Shown piece by piece: positions 28,600 to 42,117 of a DNA stretch of 64,000 bases; positions within the stretch are counted from its first letter, which is position 1, and each line of letters begins with the position of its first letter. The translations under genes were made by a program, and so were the position numbers. The stretch comes from the human T2T-CHM13v2.0 reference genome, Homo sapiens, in NCBI RefSeq assembly GCF_009914755.1, contig NC_060930.1, one strand, 5' to 3'. The notes below the pieces were generated by a model. That model saw only the letters and a program-made list of their open reading frames with translations. It was not told the origin of the DNA and ran no database searches.

Positions 28600-31330
28600 A
28601 AACTGAAAATGTTGGATAGACTATTTTCAAACTCTTAAAAGTGCTCTGATGCATGGACCATTTAGTAAAAGATACTAAGGGTCTCAGCTAAGTGAAAACA
28701 GAAATGCAGAGAGGTAAGTGTAGGCTGGATCTAGTTTCTGCTTTGAAAATATTTAGCAAATAAGGTGAATTTTCCTTCAAATTTCACAGCATTAAGAGAG
28801 AAAGCCTAAGGAGGAGTCCCGTCAATGTTAGTGGAATCTAGAAATAATAAAGCCCAAGTGACTTCATTAAAAAGTATCTATTTCAAACTGAGGTGCAGAT
28901 GGAAGAGAAAAATCATCTAACTTAAGAATTCCTAACCACAAATTGGCCCTCATACATGTTTGCTGTCTGAATTCATTCTAACTGGCTGTTAAACAAAGCA
29001 AAACAAAAAAACCTCAGTCTATGAATTTAGTTTAAAGTTGCCTTGGGCAGATAATGCCATAGACATCTGGTATAAGCAAATGCAAATCCTCTCTGGAGAA
29101 ATTCACCTTCAGCCTAGGCTTTAAAGTATTTCCATAGAAAAAGTTCCAAGACTTATGAATGTATACAGTCAAAATTATAAAAATAACATAAGAAAATAAG
29201 TCACTATTAGTGAGATCTAGCAGGAATAACACACAGTAGAATCAGACTTCAGAGATGGGAAAAATAAAAAATAGAATGTTCAATAGTTATTTTTAATCAG
29301 TTTAAATCAATAAAAGATGGAAAATAGGAGAGAACAAGAAACTACGAGACGTAATCAAACATATTTTAAAAAGAACAAAATATATAATGTTAAAAACTTA
29401 AATGATGACTTTAACAATTGATTAAATATAGCTGCACTGAGCATCAGTGAATTAAAAGATGGATCTGAAAAAATTATGCAATATGCAGCACAAAGAAACA
29501 AAGTGGCAGAAAATATGAATAGTAATGATGAGGAGGAGACTTAGAGTGAGAAGGATTAATATATTTCTAATTAGAATCCCAGGAGAAAAGCGGAGAGAGA
29601 TGGTTAGGGGGAGGGAAGGAGTGGAGAGAGAGAGAAATTAAAGAATAAATGGCTGAGACTTTTCTAGAGCTAATGAGAGATATCAAATCACAGATTCAAG
29701 TAGCCCCATGAATTTTAAGCAGGATAAAAAAAATCTCTAGACATATTGTACTAAAACCACAGAACTCCAAAGACAGAGAAAAATCCTTAAAGCAGCCAGA
29801 GCAAAACAACGGAGACCTGCAAGGGAATTACATACAGACAAACAAACAGCTGACTTCTCAACAGCAGCGAAGGCATTCAGAAGGTCCTGAGGGAAAGATA
29901 ATCTCAGCATTCTAAGAGAAAGTAGCTGTCAACACAAAAATCAATATCTGGCAACGTTTTTTGTCAAGAGCAAAGGTGAAATAAAGACATTTTCAGACAG
30001 ATGATGACTTTTCCTCCAACAGGCCTCGAATAAAGAGGATTTTAAAGGATGCACTTTCAGAAGAATAAGAGTAATCCCAGATGGAATTTCTGAAATGCAA
30101 GAAGAATTAGATGAGCAAAAACAATGACAAATATATGGGAAAATCTAAACAAATATTACTAGATGAAAAAATAATGGCAATATTTTGTGGATTTAAAATA
30201 CACTTAAAATACATAATAACAATAGTATGTAAGATGGGATGGGGTGGACAGTTCTAAAATATCCTAAGGTTTTAACGTTATGTGCAAGGGCTGTAAATGT
30301 ATTAATTTTTACTTTAAAAGTCATGTATGCATGTTGATATCTCTAGGATTAAAAAAACTGAAACAGAAGATGAATATATAATTTCCAAGTTAATAAATAG
30401 GAAAAATGAGAATGAAAAATCTTTATCAAGCAAAAAGCAGAGAGGACAGAAGGGAAAAATAAGCATACAGAAGGCAGGAAAAATAACATGAAATAAATCC
30501 AAATATATCAGTAATTATGATAAGTAAAAATAGCTAAATATTCTATGGATACCATCTAAAACATGCAAGATGATGAATGTAAATGGATAAAAATAGCTAG
30601 ATGAAGCAAATACTACAAAAGAAAGTGGATGCACCTATAATAATATTAGGTAAAATAAACTTTAATAGAGCAAAAAAATGTACAAGAGATAAAAGGTCAC
30701 TAAACAATAATAAAAGGAATTTGTTCACCAAGAACAGATAACTTTTAATCAATATTCACCCAGTCACATAGTCTCAAAATACATAAAACAAAGAATGCAA
30801 ATAATGACAAGAAGAACCAGAGAGATCCACCATCAGAATAGAAGACTTAAACATATTTCTTCATAATTTTTAAATCAAGCAGGCAAAAAATCAGTAAGGA
30901 TATAGAAGTTTAAACAATGTAACTAACATACCTGATGTGATGAACATACCTAGAACCTACATCCCCAAATGGAGAAATTCATATTTTTTCAAGCACACAC
31001 TAAAAATTTATGAATATTTACTTCATAAAAGGCCATAAATCAATCCTCAACAAAGTTCAAAAGATGGCTACTATAGATCACATTCTCCACCTACAATGCA
31101 ATTAGATTTAAAAATCAGTAACAAAGAAGTTACATAAATCATGTGTATTTAGGATTTAGGAACACTTTAACTCATGGTCCAAGGGAAATCACAGTGGGAA
31201 TCAGAAGAAAATTATAATTAAGCAAAACTCATAGGATGTCTCTTAAGCCTTACTTGGAGGGAAATTTATAGCTTTGAAATGATTATATTTTAAAAAGCTG
31301 CAAATTAACAAGTTAAGTACATATATATTT
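28600..31330 (+). mobile_element. Ancient L1M fragment (ORF1 into ORF2 endonuclease region), heavily decayed
   Basis: A-rich strand with L1 motifs such as AAGGTGAAATAAAGACATTTTCAGAC, AAAATCAGTAAGGATATAGAAG and GGAAATTTATAGCTTT; no intact ORF. Confidence 0.8.
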
Positions 31331-31999
31331 AAGTTAAAAAAGAAATGGTTATTAATGTATCAATATTTTGTGAACAAAATTTACAAACTATTTGGGAAAT
31401 AAATATAATAATGTCCTTATTCTGTGTAGACACCTAGATTTAGCTATGCCTACCATTTGTTTAGTAAGTACTATGTATCAGACTTGGTGCTGAGATAAAA
31501 CTTCTATATAATTTAGGAATGTAGACCCAGAAGGGGAAAAATAGGAAGAAAATAAATTTTAAAAGCTACACTATGCATTTGTATTATTAAGTTTGTAAGA
31601 AGATGGCTGTATAAGTGGCTGGAAAAATATTTACAGTTTCAACTTACTTTAACAGACCTAGAGCTTTTAAAGCACTGGTTTTGTGCTTTAGTACAGGTTA
31701 CAAAAATCTTCTTTCATAATTTAGTGATATCAACTCCTTAAGAAAAGATGGTATCATTGGGGTAATATAGAATACTAAATAGTCACTGTTTGCAAGACAC
31801 AGTGCCAGATGCTATGTTCTGTGGGGTAGGAAGGGGAGAGAGGACAAGAAATTTTGAAGAGCCACTTGAGTGTGATAGGCTTTTAACTTTAACACTTAGC
31901 CCACCTCTTAAAAAATCCCAAATTACCCCAAACAACCACCTATAAAATCACTATTAACTACTACTTTAAACTATTCAAAGATTTTTATTTTTATTGTTA

Positions 32000-32550
32000 G
32001 TAATGGTGTAAAAAGGTATCTCTTCCACTGCTAATAGCAGTATAAATCAGTAAAATTCAGCTGGAGACCACTTTTAACCTTATGTTATAAAGACTTACGA
32101 TGTTATACATTGTTTAGCCCAGCACTTGTGCATTTAGAACTTTATCCCGAAGAAATAATTACTAGAGTGTGCAAACATTTAGCTGTAACAGCAGAGGTTT
32201 ATGATAGTGAAAACCTAGGGACAATTGAAAAGTCTAAAAAGAGGATATTAAATAAATTATGATAATACTGACATTAAAATAATATCATAGAAGAATATTT
32301 AATGACATGCTTCATAATATTAAGTGAAATGAGCAAGTTACAGAGCAGTATAATCTACTTTTTCTGCATATAAAAAATTACTGTAAGGACATAAACCCAT
32401 ATGTTATTATTGCTAGTTATCTCTAGATGTCAAAATTATGGAAGAAAGTTTTCTTTCTTGTTTTGTAGTTTTTCTAATCTATATTGTTTAAATTATCTGT
32501 ACTATTCATGTGATTGCAAAGGAAACAGTAAAATGTATATATTTTAAAAA
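32000..32550 (+). mobile_element. L1ME-like 3' fragment
   Basis: TTTAGCCCAGCACTTGTGCATTTAGAACTTTATCCCGAAGAAATAAT motif. Confidence 0.55.
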
Positions 32551-35500
32551 TAACTCTATTTCTAGTGTTTTCTTATTATCTTATGAAAACCACTGTCCAA
32601 TTTCTTTTGTTCTGCTTGCATGGCCCTTTGGAACTGGTGTGGCTTTAAACCAAGGCTGTCTCTTTGAATTCTAAGGTCTACTATACAGTCTGTGAGATGT
32701 CTACAGAGCTTGAATGTTCAACAACATATGAAGATGAGTATTGTTTATATTTCCAGTTAGAAATATCATTCTGAGTTTGTAAAAAGATGCAGATATTTTA
32801 GCTTAAAATTGAATGGATGCATCAGAGTTAATTAGCAATGCTTCAAATTACAGACCACTGCCTCTTCTTGTGCAACTAACCATCAATTAGCTATGCTAAT
32901 GAGAAAAGCAGGAAATGATTGCAGGAGAAAATGAAATCAGTAGGGAAAAAAGAAAAACAACTGATTTTAGTCTCTAGTTTCAGCCATCAATTGTCAAAAC
33001 TTACCAGGATTACATATAAGTATAAATTCTAACCTCTCTTTGAAAGAGGCAGTGTATTAATAAGAAAGTAATGTTAATTCTTTAGAAGTTTTTTTCTTTT
33101 CTCGATTATCCTTCAGAGATGCCATACCTAAATAATAAAATGACCAGAATATGAGCAGCAGGAAACTTATAGACAAAAGGTTCGTCAGTGGTTCTAGTGT
33201 AATCCCTAGGGGAACACTTAAAAAAATATCAGCATAGAGGTCTTTCTCCAAACCATTTAAATCAGAATCTCTGTGGAAGGTGCTAATTAATCCATAAGAT
33301 GCAAAATGTATTTCAACTTGATTCCAGCTGCTGAATATTTGCTTTACTCTGAGTTCTCTTTTTGGACAGGAAGGGACTCTGATAAACCACCTCTGGTTCT
33401 TTCATCCCCACCTCCATCACTCCATTTTTAGGCAGGAGAACTTTCCCAATGAGACAGTCTTACAGGTGTCTCCTGTAGGATCTTTAAATACCTTCCTACT
33501 GGCTCTCTTCTCTGTTAAGGGCTTGGATGATTTTCTCAAAGAGAAACTTTTATGAGGGAATGAAGGATTCCTAAGCAGTATCTCCCTACCCAGTGCCATG
33601 ATAAATATTTGGATGCAAAGAAAACAGGAAATAAGTCATTGAATGGAGATTGCAGCTCCCCAGAGAGCTCCAGATGACAGGCTCCTGGAAAGTGTTCCAA
33701 GTTCTGTTTGTTCTCCAGTCCTGAGAACAGTAATCTTTGCGGCTGTACTTTTCCTCTTCTTTCCCTAGATTTCACTTTTACAACTTTAAAAAAGTATAAT
33801 AGCTTGCATTATATGCTTACTGCACAAAGTTTTAAGACAAAAGAATTACAAATAGCAAAATTGAAATCATCTGTGAGCCTCCCTCTTCCCCACTCCAGAG
33901 AAACATATCATTAATGTCATTAATGTATATCTTCCATGTTTTCTATGTGTAGAAACATGTATTTTATTTTACAGAATTGAGTCATCATATATGTACACTT
34001 TTGTAACTTGCTTTTTAATCTTAACCTTATGTTTTGAGTTTTCTGGATCATCAAGCTTCAAAATCAAGATTTCTGTGTATGCAGCAAAGCCCATCATAGA
34101 TATTTACTATCATTTATTTAACCATCCCTCCACATTAGATCTTGATTATTACTTCTGAAATCTGCCTTGTTTTATCTTTTTCCACTATTTATCAGAAAAC
34201 AAGATCAGCCCTGGTGGGTTCATACCAATTACTTTTCCTAACTGGTGCTTGACATTGTATCCACTAATTTCCTAAAGTCACAGATGATAATTACAGATAC
34301 TGAACCCTTACACCCTCCTATGCTACATATGCTTTTCTCCAATTTTTGTAACCAGCACTTGCTTAATCGGTGATAATACTGCTTTTCTTCCTTTAGGCTA
34401 AGCCACACTCCTCAAAAATCCTGAAGTTTACTTCACCGTCTTCCAAATATGTATGTATGTATGGAAGATTCATCATTTTAGTAGCTAACTTACACTGAAT
34501 GTTACTGTATATACTGTGACAATAGGTTTATATGATTTTTTAATTTGACCTTTATGATAATAACACGGGGTAAATACTACTATTATTCCCATTTTACAAA
34601 GAAAGTGAGGCTTCTTTTGAGTAACTTGCCCAATATCACACACAACTAGTAAGAGGCAAAGCTGGGCCCTGAACCCAGAACTGTTTTCTTCTGAACCATT
34701 TTTTTCATTATTATTAACTAAAGTCCGTGTTTATTAAAATTTTCTTAATTTTTACCTAATGGCCTTTTTCTGTTCCGGCATCACACCCAGGATAAAACAT
34801 TACATTTCTTTGTCATTTTTCATTAGGTTCCTCTTGGCTATGACAATCTCTTAGACTTTACTTGTTTTCTCTAACAGAGTCATCCCTCATCAGCTACAAC
34901 ACCATAGCAGATATAATTCATTGTGCATTACTATGTATGGTTCTGATCCTCACAGCAACCCTCCAAAACAGATGTTTTAATCCTCATTTTATAGATAAGA
35001 AAATTGAGGCTTAGGGAGATGAGAACTAATGGTGCAGTTCACAAAGCTGGTAAATAATGGAACTCAGATCCTGACCCAGGACTATCTGACCTTGAGTGTC
35101 ATGTTCTTTTCACTACTCTGGTTTAGATGACTTATACATGCATGCTTTTTATAAATAAATCTGAATGCTAAAACCAGAGTCAGCGTGCCATAAAGAAAAG
35201 TTACATCTGGTTCAACTTTCTTATCTAATATCCAAGCACTTTCTACAGATTATCCAACGAAAATTTCTAAATATATAGTCAAAATGTATCAGTGTAGTTT
35301 GTACACGTTTCCACAAAGCCTTGCCCAATTTTGAACAGTCCTGATTGTTAGAAAGCTCTGTGTTCCTCCAACTGATTTTTATCCTTTGGTCTTAATGTGG
35401 CTCTTAGGAGCCAAACACAATCATCTAAGCCTTCTACCTAAGTACCCTGCAGGCAGACACATCTCCCCCAGACTCTCTTTTCCTGGCAGAGTACGGCTTA

Positions 35501-36204
35501 GTTTATATTTTCCTCAGCATCCTAATGATGCTACTTTAAATCACAGTGACTTGCAGTATCCCTGTTTAGTTGCAAGTCCTTATAGTGCATTTTGGTACAG
35601 CAATGTGTATGTCCTATACAATCAGGACTCAATAATTGCTGTTGACTTCTTCCTTAAAGGGAACCACTTACCACCATCACCATCCCTTCTCGCCTCCCCT
35701 CTCCACACACTACATTTCTAAATCCTCAAGTCCAAAGGACCCTAACACTGACACTTCTTGCAACCCTTTAAATGAGGCAGCTCTCCCTAGAAAACCCCTT
35801 GAGACACAAGTTTGGAAAGTGAGTCAAACGTAAGAGGGATGTCTTCTCCGAGTCTGAGAAGCAAGTTAAAGGGCAAAAGCAGTGAGCCGTGGACGCCTGG
35901 AGACAGTTTCTTTCTTCCTGAATTCCCCAAAGCGCAGAGACAGACAGGATCTGCCAGGACAGCGCGCAGGGCGGGGCGGGGACAGGCGCGCCAGGAGCGG
36001 GGCGGGCTTCCAGCCGCTGGTTTTGCTGAGGGCTGAGGGACGGCTCAGCGACGCCACGGCCAGCAGCGCTCGCGTCCTCCCCAGCAACAGTTACTCAAAG
36101 CTAATCAGATAGCGAAAGAAGCAGGAGAGCAAGTCAAGAAATACGGTGAAGGAGTCCTTCCCAAAGTTGTCTAGGTCCTTCCGCGCCGGTGCCTGGTCTT
36201 CGTC

Positions 36205-36225
36205 GTCAACACCATGGACAGCTCC
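36205..36225 (+). promoter_or_regulatory. Candidate RE1/NRSE (REST-binding) element overlapping the start codon
   Basis: GTCAACACCATGGACAGCTCC vs consensus TTCAGCACCACGGACAGCGCC: 17/21 match with canonical 2-bp half-site spacing. Confidence 0.6.
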
Positions 36226-36295
36226 CGGGAACCGACTCTGGGGCGCTTGGACGCCGCTGGCTTCTGGCAGGTCTGGCAGCGCTTTGATGCGGATG
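36214..36295 (+). CDS. SCGN: Secretagogin coding exon 1 (aa 1-27)
   Basis: MDSSREPTLGRLDAAGFWQVWQRFDAD+G, donor G|GTGAGT; 82 nt. Confidence 0.97.
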
Positions 36296-37191
36296 GTGAG
36301 TAGAACAAGCCACTTGCACACTCAGGTGTAGACGTGGCTCCAAGCTCAGCCCGCTGAAAGGACCTGGAGTTTCCCCTTTACTGTAGGAAAAGTTATCGAC
36401 CTGGGTTGTTAATGCAGTGTACCTAATACAGTATCATTAACAGACGTTTGGCATACTGGTGATACACATCTATATACCTTGTTAAAATTCTGGGTGGTGA
36501 ATTTCCACTTTCCCCTTTCCAATCTCTCTTTGTGTGCGAGCGCGCCATATATATGGTAGACATACATATATATTGTATATACAATGACTAATATCATTGT
36601 ATATGTTCAAGGCTTGTGGGCTGAGACTCAGCTATTTGAAGTCATCCTTCCCTAAATGGGCTCACTTTTACGCAGTGACTTTGCTGTACACCCCTCACTC
36701 TCTCAAAATGAGAATAAATTTTATCAGCTTTCAAAACGACTCCTCCACCAAAAAACTACTTGAAAATAAAATGGAACTACTTAATATTTGTTTTTATTAA
36801 TAAAGAAATAAAATATCTAAAAGGTGTGTTTTAACTCTGCAAACTGGGATTCAATACTTACACCTGTTAAGTTTCTCCAAGCTTCAGAAATTTTGGGGTT
36901 AAATTTTATTGGAAAGTTCACGTTTATTCATTGATTAAAATTCATGTACTTAATAGCCTTCCTTTTCCAAGCACTAATATAAACCCTAGCATAAAGCACG
37001 TATTCTGGAACAGTGTTGACTGTTCAAACCCATGTATTCTAGAGGTAGGTGTTGGCACTTTGTTATTGGAATAACAAAAAATAGTGTTGAGGGAAGCTTT
37101 ATGAATTGTGAGATTAAAAACATATTTAGATAAATACTGTCATGTGTTTTTTATATGTTAGTATTATTTATGTTTATTTTCTCACATTTAG

Positions 37192-37262
37192 AAAAAGGTT
37201 ACATAGAAGAGAAGGAACTCGATGCTTTCTTTCTCCACATGTTGATGAAACTGGGTACTGAT
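37192..37262 (+). CDS. SCGN: Secretagogin exon 2 (aa 28-51)
   Basis: TTTAG acceptor; EKGYIEEKELDAFFLHMLMKLGTD; donor GTAAGT; 71 nt; completes EF-hand 1 loop DADEKGYIEEKE. Confidence 0.97.
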
Positions 37263-38204
37263 GTAAGTACTTGCACACTAAGCCTTAATTTATGCCTCTT
37301 AGTAAGATACGCACATCCAAGTCTTATATTGATTGGTACCTATTAATTCCAACTCACCTCCTTTCTTCCTTGCATGTATGTAATTTCTCCCCCTCTCCTA
37401 GCAACATAGAGGGATTTAGGCAGTTTTTATAAAAGGTGCAACTGTAGCATTAGACATGCTGGTTACTGACTTTCAGTGTAACATCTGTCATCCACTCAGA
37501 GATCCTAACTGTAGACTCAGTTAACTTGGTCTTGAACGTCTCCTTGGTTATGTCTCTGCTAATTGATTTATACCTGGGGGTAAAGTAGCCCACTTTGTTC
37601 AAAAAGCTGGAAAAGATGTTAAGCACATTAAGATTTTGGGTGTTTAATATGTATGATACTCCTCTGATAGGAAACCACAAACCATTTAAAATCATTTATC
37701 CATTATTCATTTTATTAGAAGAGGTTACAGATTTTTCAGGGAATGACAAACCAGAAAACAACCAGCATACTCAGAGCCCAGATACAAATGGAAGCCAATC
37801 TATCTAGTGTCCATCTGATGGTAAATATGTCCTTGGGAGATGTAAATGAACTCTTGAAAGTCTCTCTATCAAAGCAGAGAAAAATTTTACACAGAAACAC
37901 ATGAGCGGAGGACAGCCTGGGGATGGGCTCGATCTGATGAAAGCTCCAGTAGGGCATTCATAGTAGAAGGAGACGCTCTAGGGACAATTGAATTTAAATG
38001 AATGATGGAGATAGTTTGTCCTTATCATTCAGCTGTTTATCTGAAGAATAGAAGTGCATCACATTCTCATGTGAGAGCTCAGTGAGGGAACAAGGAGCTC
38101 TTCACCACTGTTGAGAACATGGGGAGGGTATGTGGGGGGCAGGGGAAGCTGGTTCAGAAACAAAAGGGCTGGCTTCCGCCTTCTTCAGCCACACAGATCT
38201 CTTG

Positions 38205-38610
38205 GTCCCCCTCTACTTCTGTCTGCCTCTCATATTCTGTCTGTCTCTCTTTTTTATGTCTATCTCTGTCATTTTTCTGCTCACTTCTGTTTCTTATCTC
38301 TGTGTTTCATGGCTCTCATCTCCTACTGTTTCTTGCCTTTCTCTCTGACCTCTCTGTTGCCCATCTTTCTTGTCTCTGTTTCTCATTTGTTTCTCCATCT
38401 CTCTGTCTCTGTGTTTTCCCATTCTTTTTCCAGTCTCTCTGCTTCTCAAAGCTCTTTTGGTCTTTCCTCTCCCCATGTCTTTTATTTCTCTTCTTCTTTC
38501 TTTCCCATCTCTCTTTTTGACCTTCATTTCTTTTCTCCACATTTTCTCCTTCACCCTTTTCTTTGTCTCTTATCTCCCTTTTTCTGTACCTTTTATTGCT
38601 CTTTGTCTGC
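38205..38610 (+). repeat. CT-rich low-complexity tract in SCGN intron 2
   Basis: ~400 bp pyrimidine-dominated; generates the stacked spurious ORFs at 38111-38807. Confidence 0.85.
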
Positions 38611-41459
38611 CTGCACTCCACCCCTTACCCTGTGCAGCCTGTGAAGTGAAAGGATCAGCAGACGAGAAGGATAGAGACACAAGTCCCTTCTTTCCTCTGG
38701 TCAGACCACTTGCGCACACTCCTCTTTATCCTTCATTCTTGTACCTACACAAGCTACAGGTAGAGCTGAGGAAGCCTCCCCCAAGTGAGGCTTCTGCTTC
38801 AATCTAGCCAGCCACTTTCACGTGCTAGCAGCCCATGGTGAAGCCCACCAGCCTTGCCCACAGGGCTTCTACTTATATCTGTAAATGTAAGGTTCATCGT
38901 GTTCCAGAAACCCATCTTATCTATCATGGACATGGGTATTTGAGGAAAGCAAAAAGACAAAGTTAAAACCATTCAAAATCTTGGAATAAATGGGATGGCC
39001 AGCTCCTAAAAATCTGTCCTCAGGGACCTGGAACTTCTCACCTTTTCAGAGGGCTCCTTGTTCTAGTCATTTATAAAAGGGAGGAGAAAAATTGCTGTCA
39101 CTGTTGAAGCTGGAGTATCTAATATTCATTCATCGAGTTGGGGTCTGCACTAAGATGAGGATGCTGTGAGATATCTTCATCTGAGATTTTGGCTAACCTT
39201 AGAAGCATTGTTGCCATTGTGAGAGAAAAGAGGGATGTCATCTCTTGCAGCTTGGCTGTTTTTATCATTGCCCCTATCTCAGACCTGGTCCATGGACTAA
39301 TGCTCTTACACAGGGGCAAGCATAATCCTCGAGGAAAGAGGACAGCAAAGGACTCACTGGTGTCCTGCGCAACTGCATTCAGTGCAAATATCTCTGAGGC
39401 TGGAACGGGGGTTGGAAGTTCTCATAATCCTTAACCTAGTGCAAATCAAATTTCAGTATGCCTGAGAATTATATTTTTTTGTTAAAATGCAGACCCCTAG
39501 GTCTCATCCTGTAGGTATTTAAATACATTTGGGGTCTGCCAAAGATCTTTCATTTTAAAAGCACTCAAAGTCAGTTAGCATGTTTTTTTACCCTTTTTTC
39601 CTCTAGGAACAGTGACTTTTGGAGAGGGGATTCTGATATAATTAGGCCAATCCCACTGAGCTGTGGCAATAGCCTCAGGCACATCTCATGAGCACTTGGC
39701 TGGGAAGAAAGCTTTTGGAGCCAGGATGATAAGTTTGAACTCTTAACTAGAAATGATATCATCTGCCATTGGATGCCTTTCAAAACGCTGAGGCATTACT
39801 CTGGGGAGTGTGTTTGCAGGGACTTTCACTGGGCACTCCATGCTACCTGGACAACCATGATTAAGGAAGCTATTCCTAATTTTGGGTTTTGTCTCTGATG
39901 AGTAATAAGTAGGCCTTAAGCAAGTTCTTAACAATAGGGCAGGACTTCCAAAATGGAAGGCCCTTCAGTTGAGGAACAGTCACCATTTGATTGTGACACC
40001 TGCTTTTGATTGGTAATGCCCAGTGAGTACAGAATCCAGCAGCAGGGAGGCCTCCACAATCAGGCAGCCCCTTGCTCTGGTGTTCAGCAGTGGTAAGCCA
40101 ACCTTCAGAGGCATGAATAGCTCTACTTTCCTCTGATGATTAGCGGATCACAGAGATCTCAGAAGAAGGTATTTTGAGGTTTCTAACAGCAAGCTGCCTG
40201 CTAGTCTATCCAGGAGAGCAACCAGCCTGCTTGTAATTACCTATTCCTCAGAGCCTCGGAGGGGATTGACTTAATGGAACCATCAGCTGCAATTGCTGCT
40301 GTTTCTGTTACTCCCTGCAAACCTTTTCTTTCCAAATGCTGAGATTTTAGCCAGTTCATGGATAAACATCAGATTCTATGTGTACATACCCCTCACATAC
40401 AGACTGTACCACATCCTGGGCCTCTTTCAATACTTCAGGGATTATAGTACCCTGCTGTAGCCTAGCGTCTCAGATAAGGACTGATGGGAAATTACAACAG
40501 AGGAAGCCCCAGTTTCTTTTGCTTTAGGTCAAAGGGATAGTCATGAGCTTTGGGGTTAGGGGTCTGAGAAGACAGAAGCCAAGATTCTGTGTCCTCAAAC
40601 TAAAGGTAATGTAGAATCTGGCCACTGTTACTTTGACTTCACATTTATTTACTTTAAAATCTAATTTTTCACCAACATGACCTATGTTAGTTAACTTCCT
40701 TTGGGAATTCCCAGCCCATCATAAAGAATCATTTATTCATCCAATGGATCCTGTGTTCCAGAGATAAAGAAATGAATGTTATACTTGTGGAGTTCTTAAT
40801 CTAAAAGATCAAGCTGAATTTCAAAGTGAAGTTCGACCCTGTTGAGTGATTTCCATTGTGCTTTTCCTGTATGGTACATGAACCCTCAAATGTAAGCACA
40901 CACAAAATCTTTAGTGCTGAAACTAGACAGGTTAATCCCACCACGATTAGTGGGGTATCACATGAGGTAACCTGGTTGACAGTAGAACCTGGAGTCTCAA
41001 AGAACCTGTTCACCTTCCACAGAGAATAAAAAAAATGTACCTCTTGTCTCTGAAGACCCACTCCAAAGAAGACTCATGGTCGGTGGGGAAAGGACAACTA
41101 TGTGTGGAGGCAGAAATCCGATGCTCATTCCCTGTCTCTCCATCTAGAGCTGTGTGATAGCAACATGCCATTTAAACCTCCTGGGTCTCAATTTTCCTAT
41201 CCATAAAATAATAATTATTAGAATAATGTTTTGGCCTGCCTGTTTCACAGTGAAGACCCATAAGATAACACAAGTGAAAGGTGCTTTTAGTTGCAAAAGC
41301 ACCCAACATATATGTTCTTATGCTGACGCAATATCTTCTTGGGTCCTTAGTTTTCCCAGTGTTTATTCTATGCCCCACTTTGCCTCAGATCCACCAAGGG
41401 GTTATCCCACACAGGATCATTGAAGCTTACTCTCTTAAACACTGAAATGCTTTTAAGAT

Positions 41460-41530
41460 TTTATATATATATATAATATATATATTACGTGTATATATAT
41501 ATGTGTATGTGTGTGTGTGCATATATATAT
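41460..41530 (+). repeat. (TA)n/(TG)n microsatellite
   Basis: Direct reading. Confidence 0.85.
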
Positions 41531-41707
41531 GATTTCCAGTTTATGAGAGCAAGTTTTCCAAGCTAGGGTAGCCTTTGGAGGATGCCTTAAGTCATACTCA
41601 CCACCACTCTTTGGTCCTTCATGAGTAAAGGAGGCTACTCAAAGGAAGACAGAAGACAGACTGTCACCTCAGGGACCTGTTAGACTTGCTCTGTCTTAGA
41701 CAAATGA

Positions 41708-42117
<410 letters not shown>

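Larger units (their letters stand above)
35880..36360 (+). promoter_or_regulatory. SCGN: SCGN CpG-rich promoter / exon 1 region
   Basis: Sharp local CpG enrichment; tandem GC boxes GGGCGGGGCGGGG (~35968-35981) and GGGGCGGG (~35999-36006); no clear TATA; ATG-free leader up to a strong Kozak ACCATGG. Confidence 0.85.

Noticed and set aside
28600-31330. Possible active L1 or domesticated L1 ORF
   Set aside because: No + strand ORF of 60 aa or more in the supplied track; highly decayed.
38111-38807. Stack of overlapping ORFs up to 177 aa on both strands
   Set aside because: Artefact of a CT-rich low-complexity tract that lacks stop codons; products are S/F/L- or R/K/E-rich with no domain.
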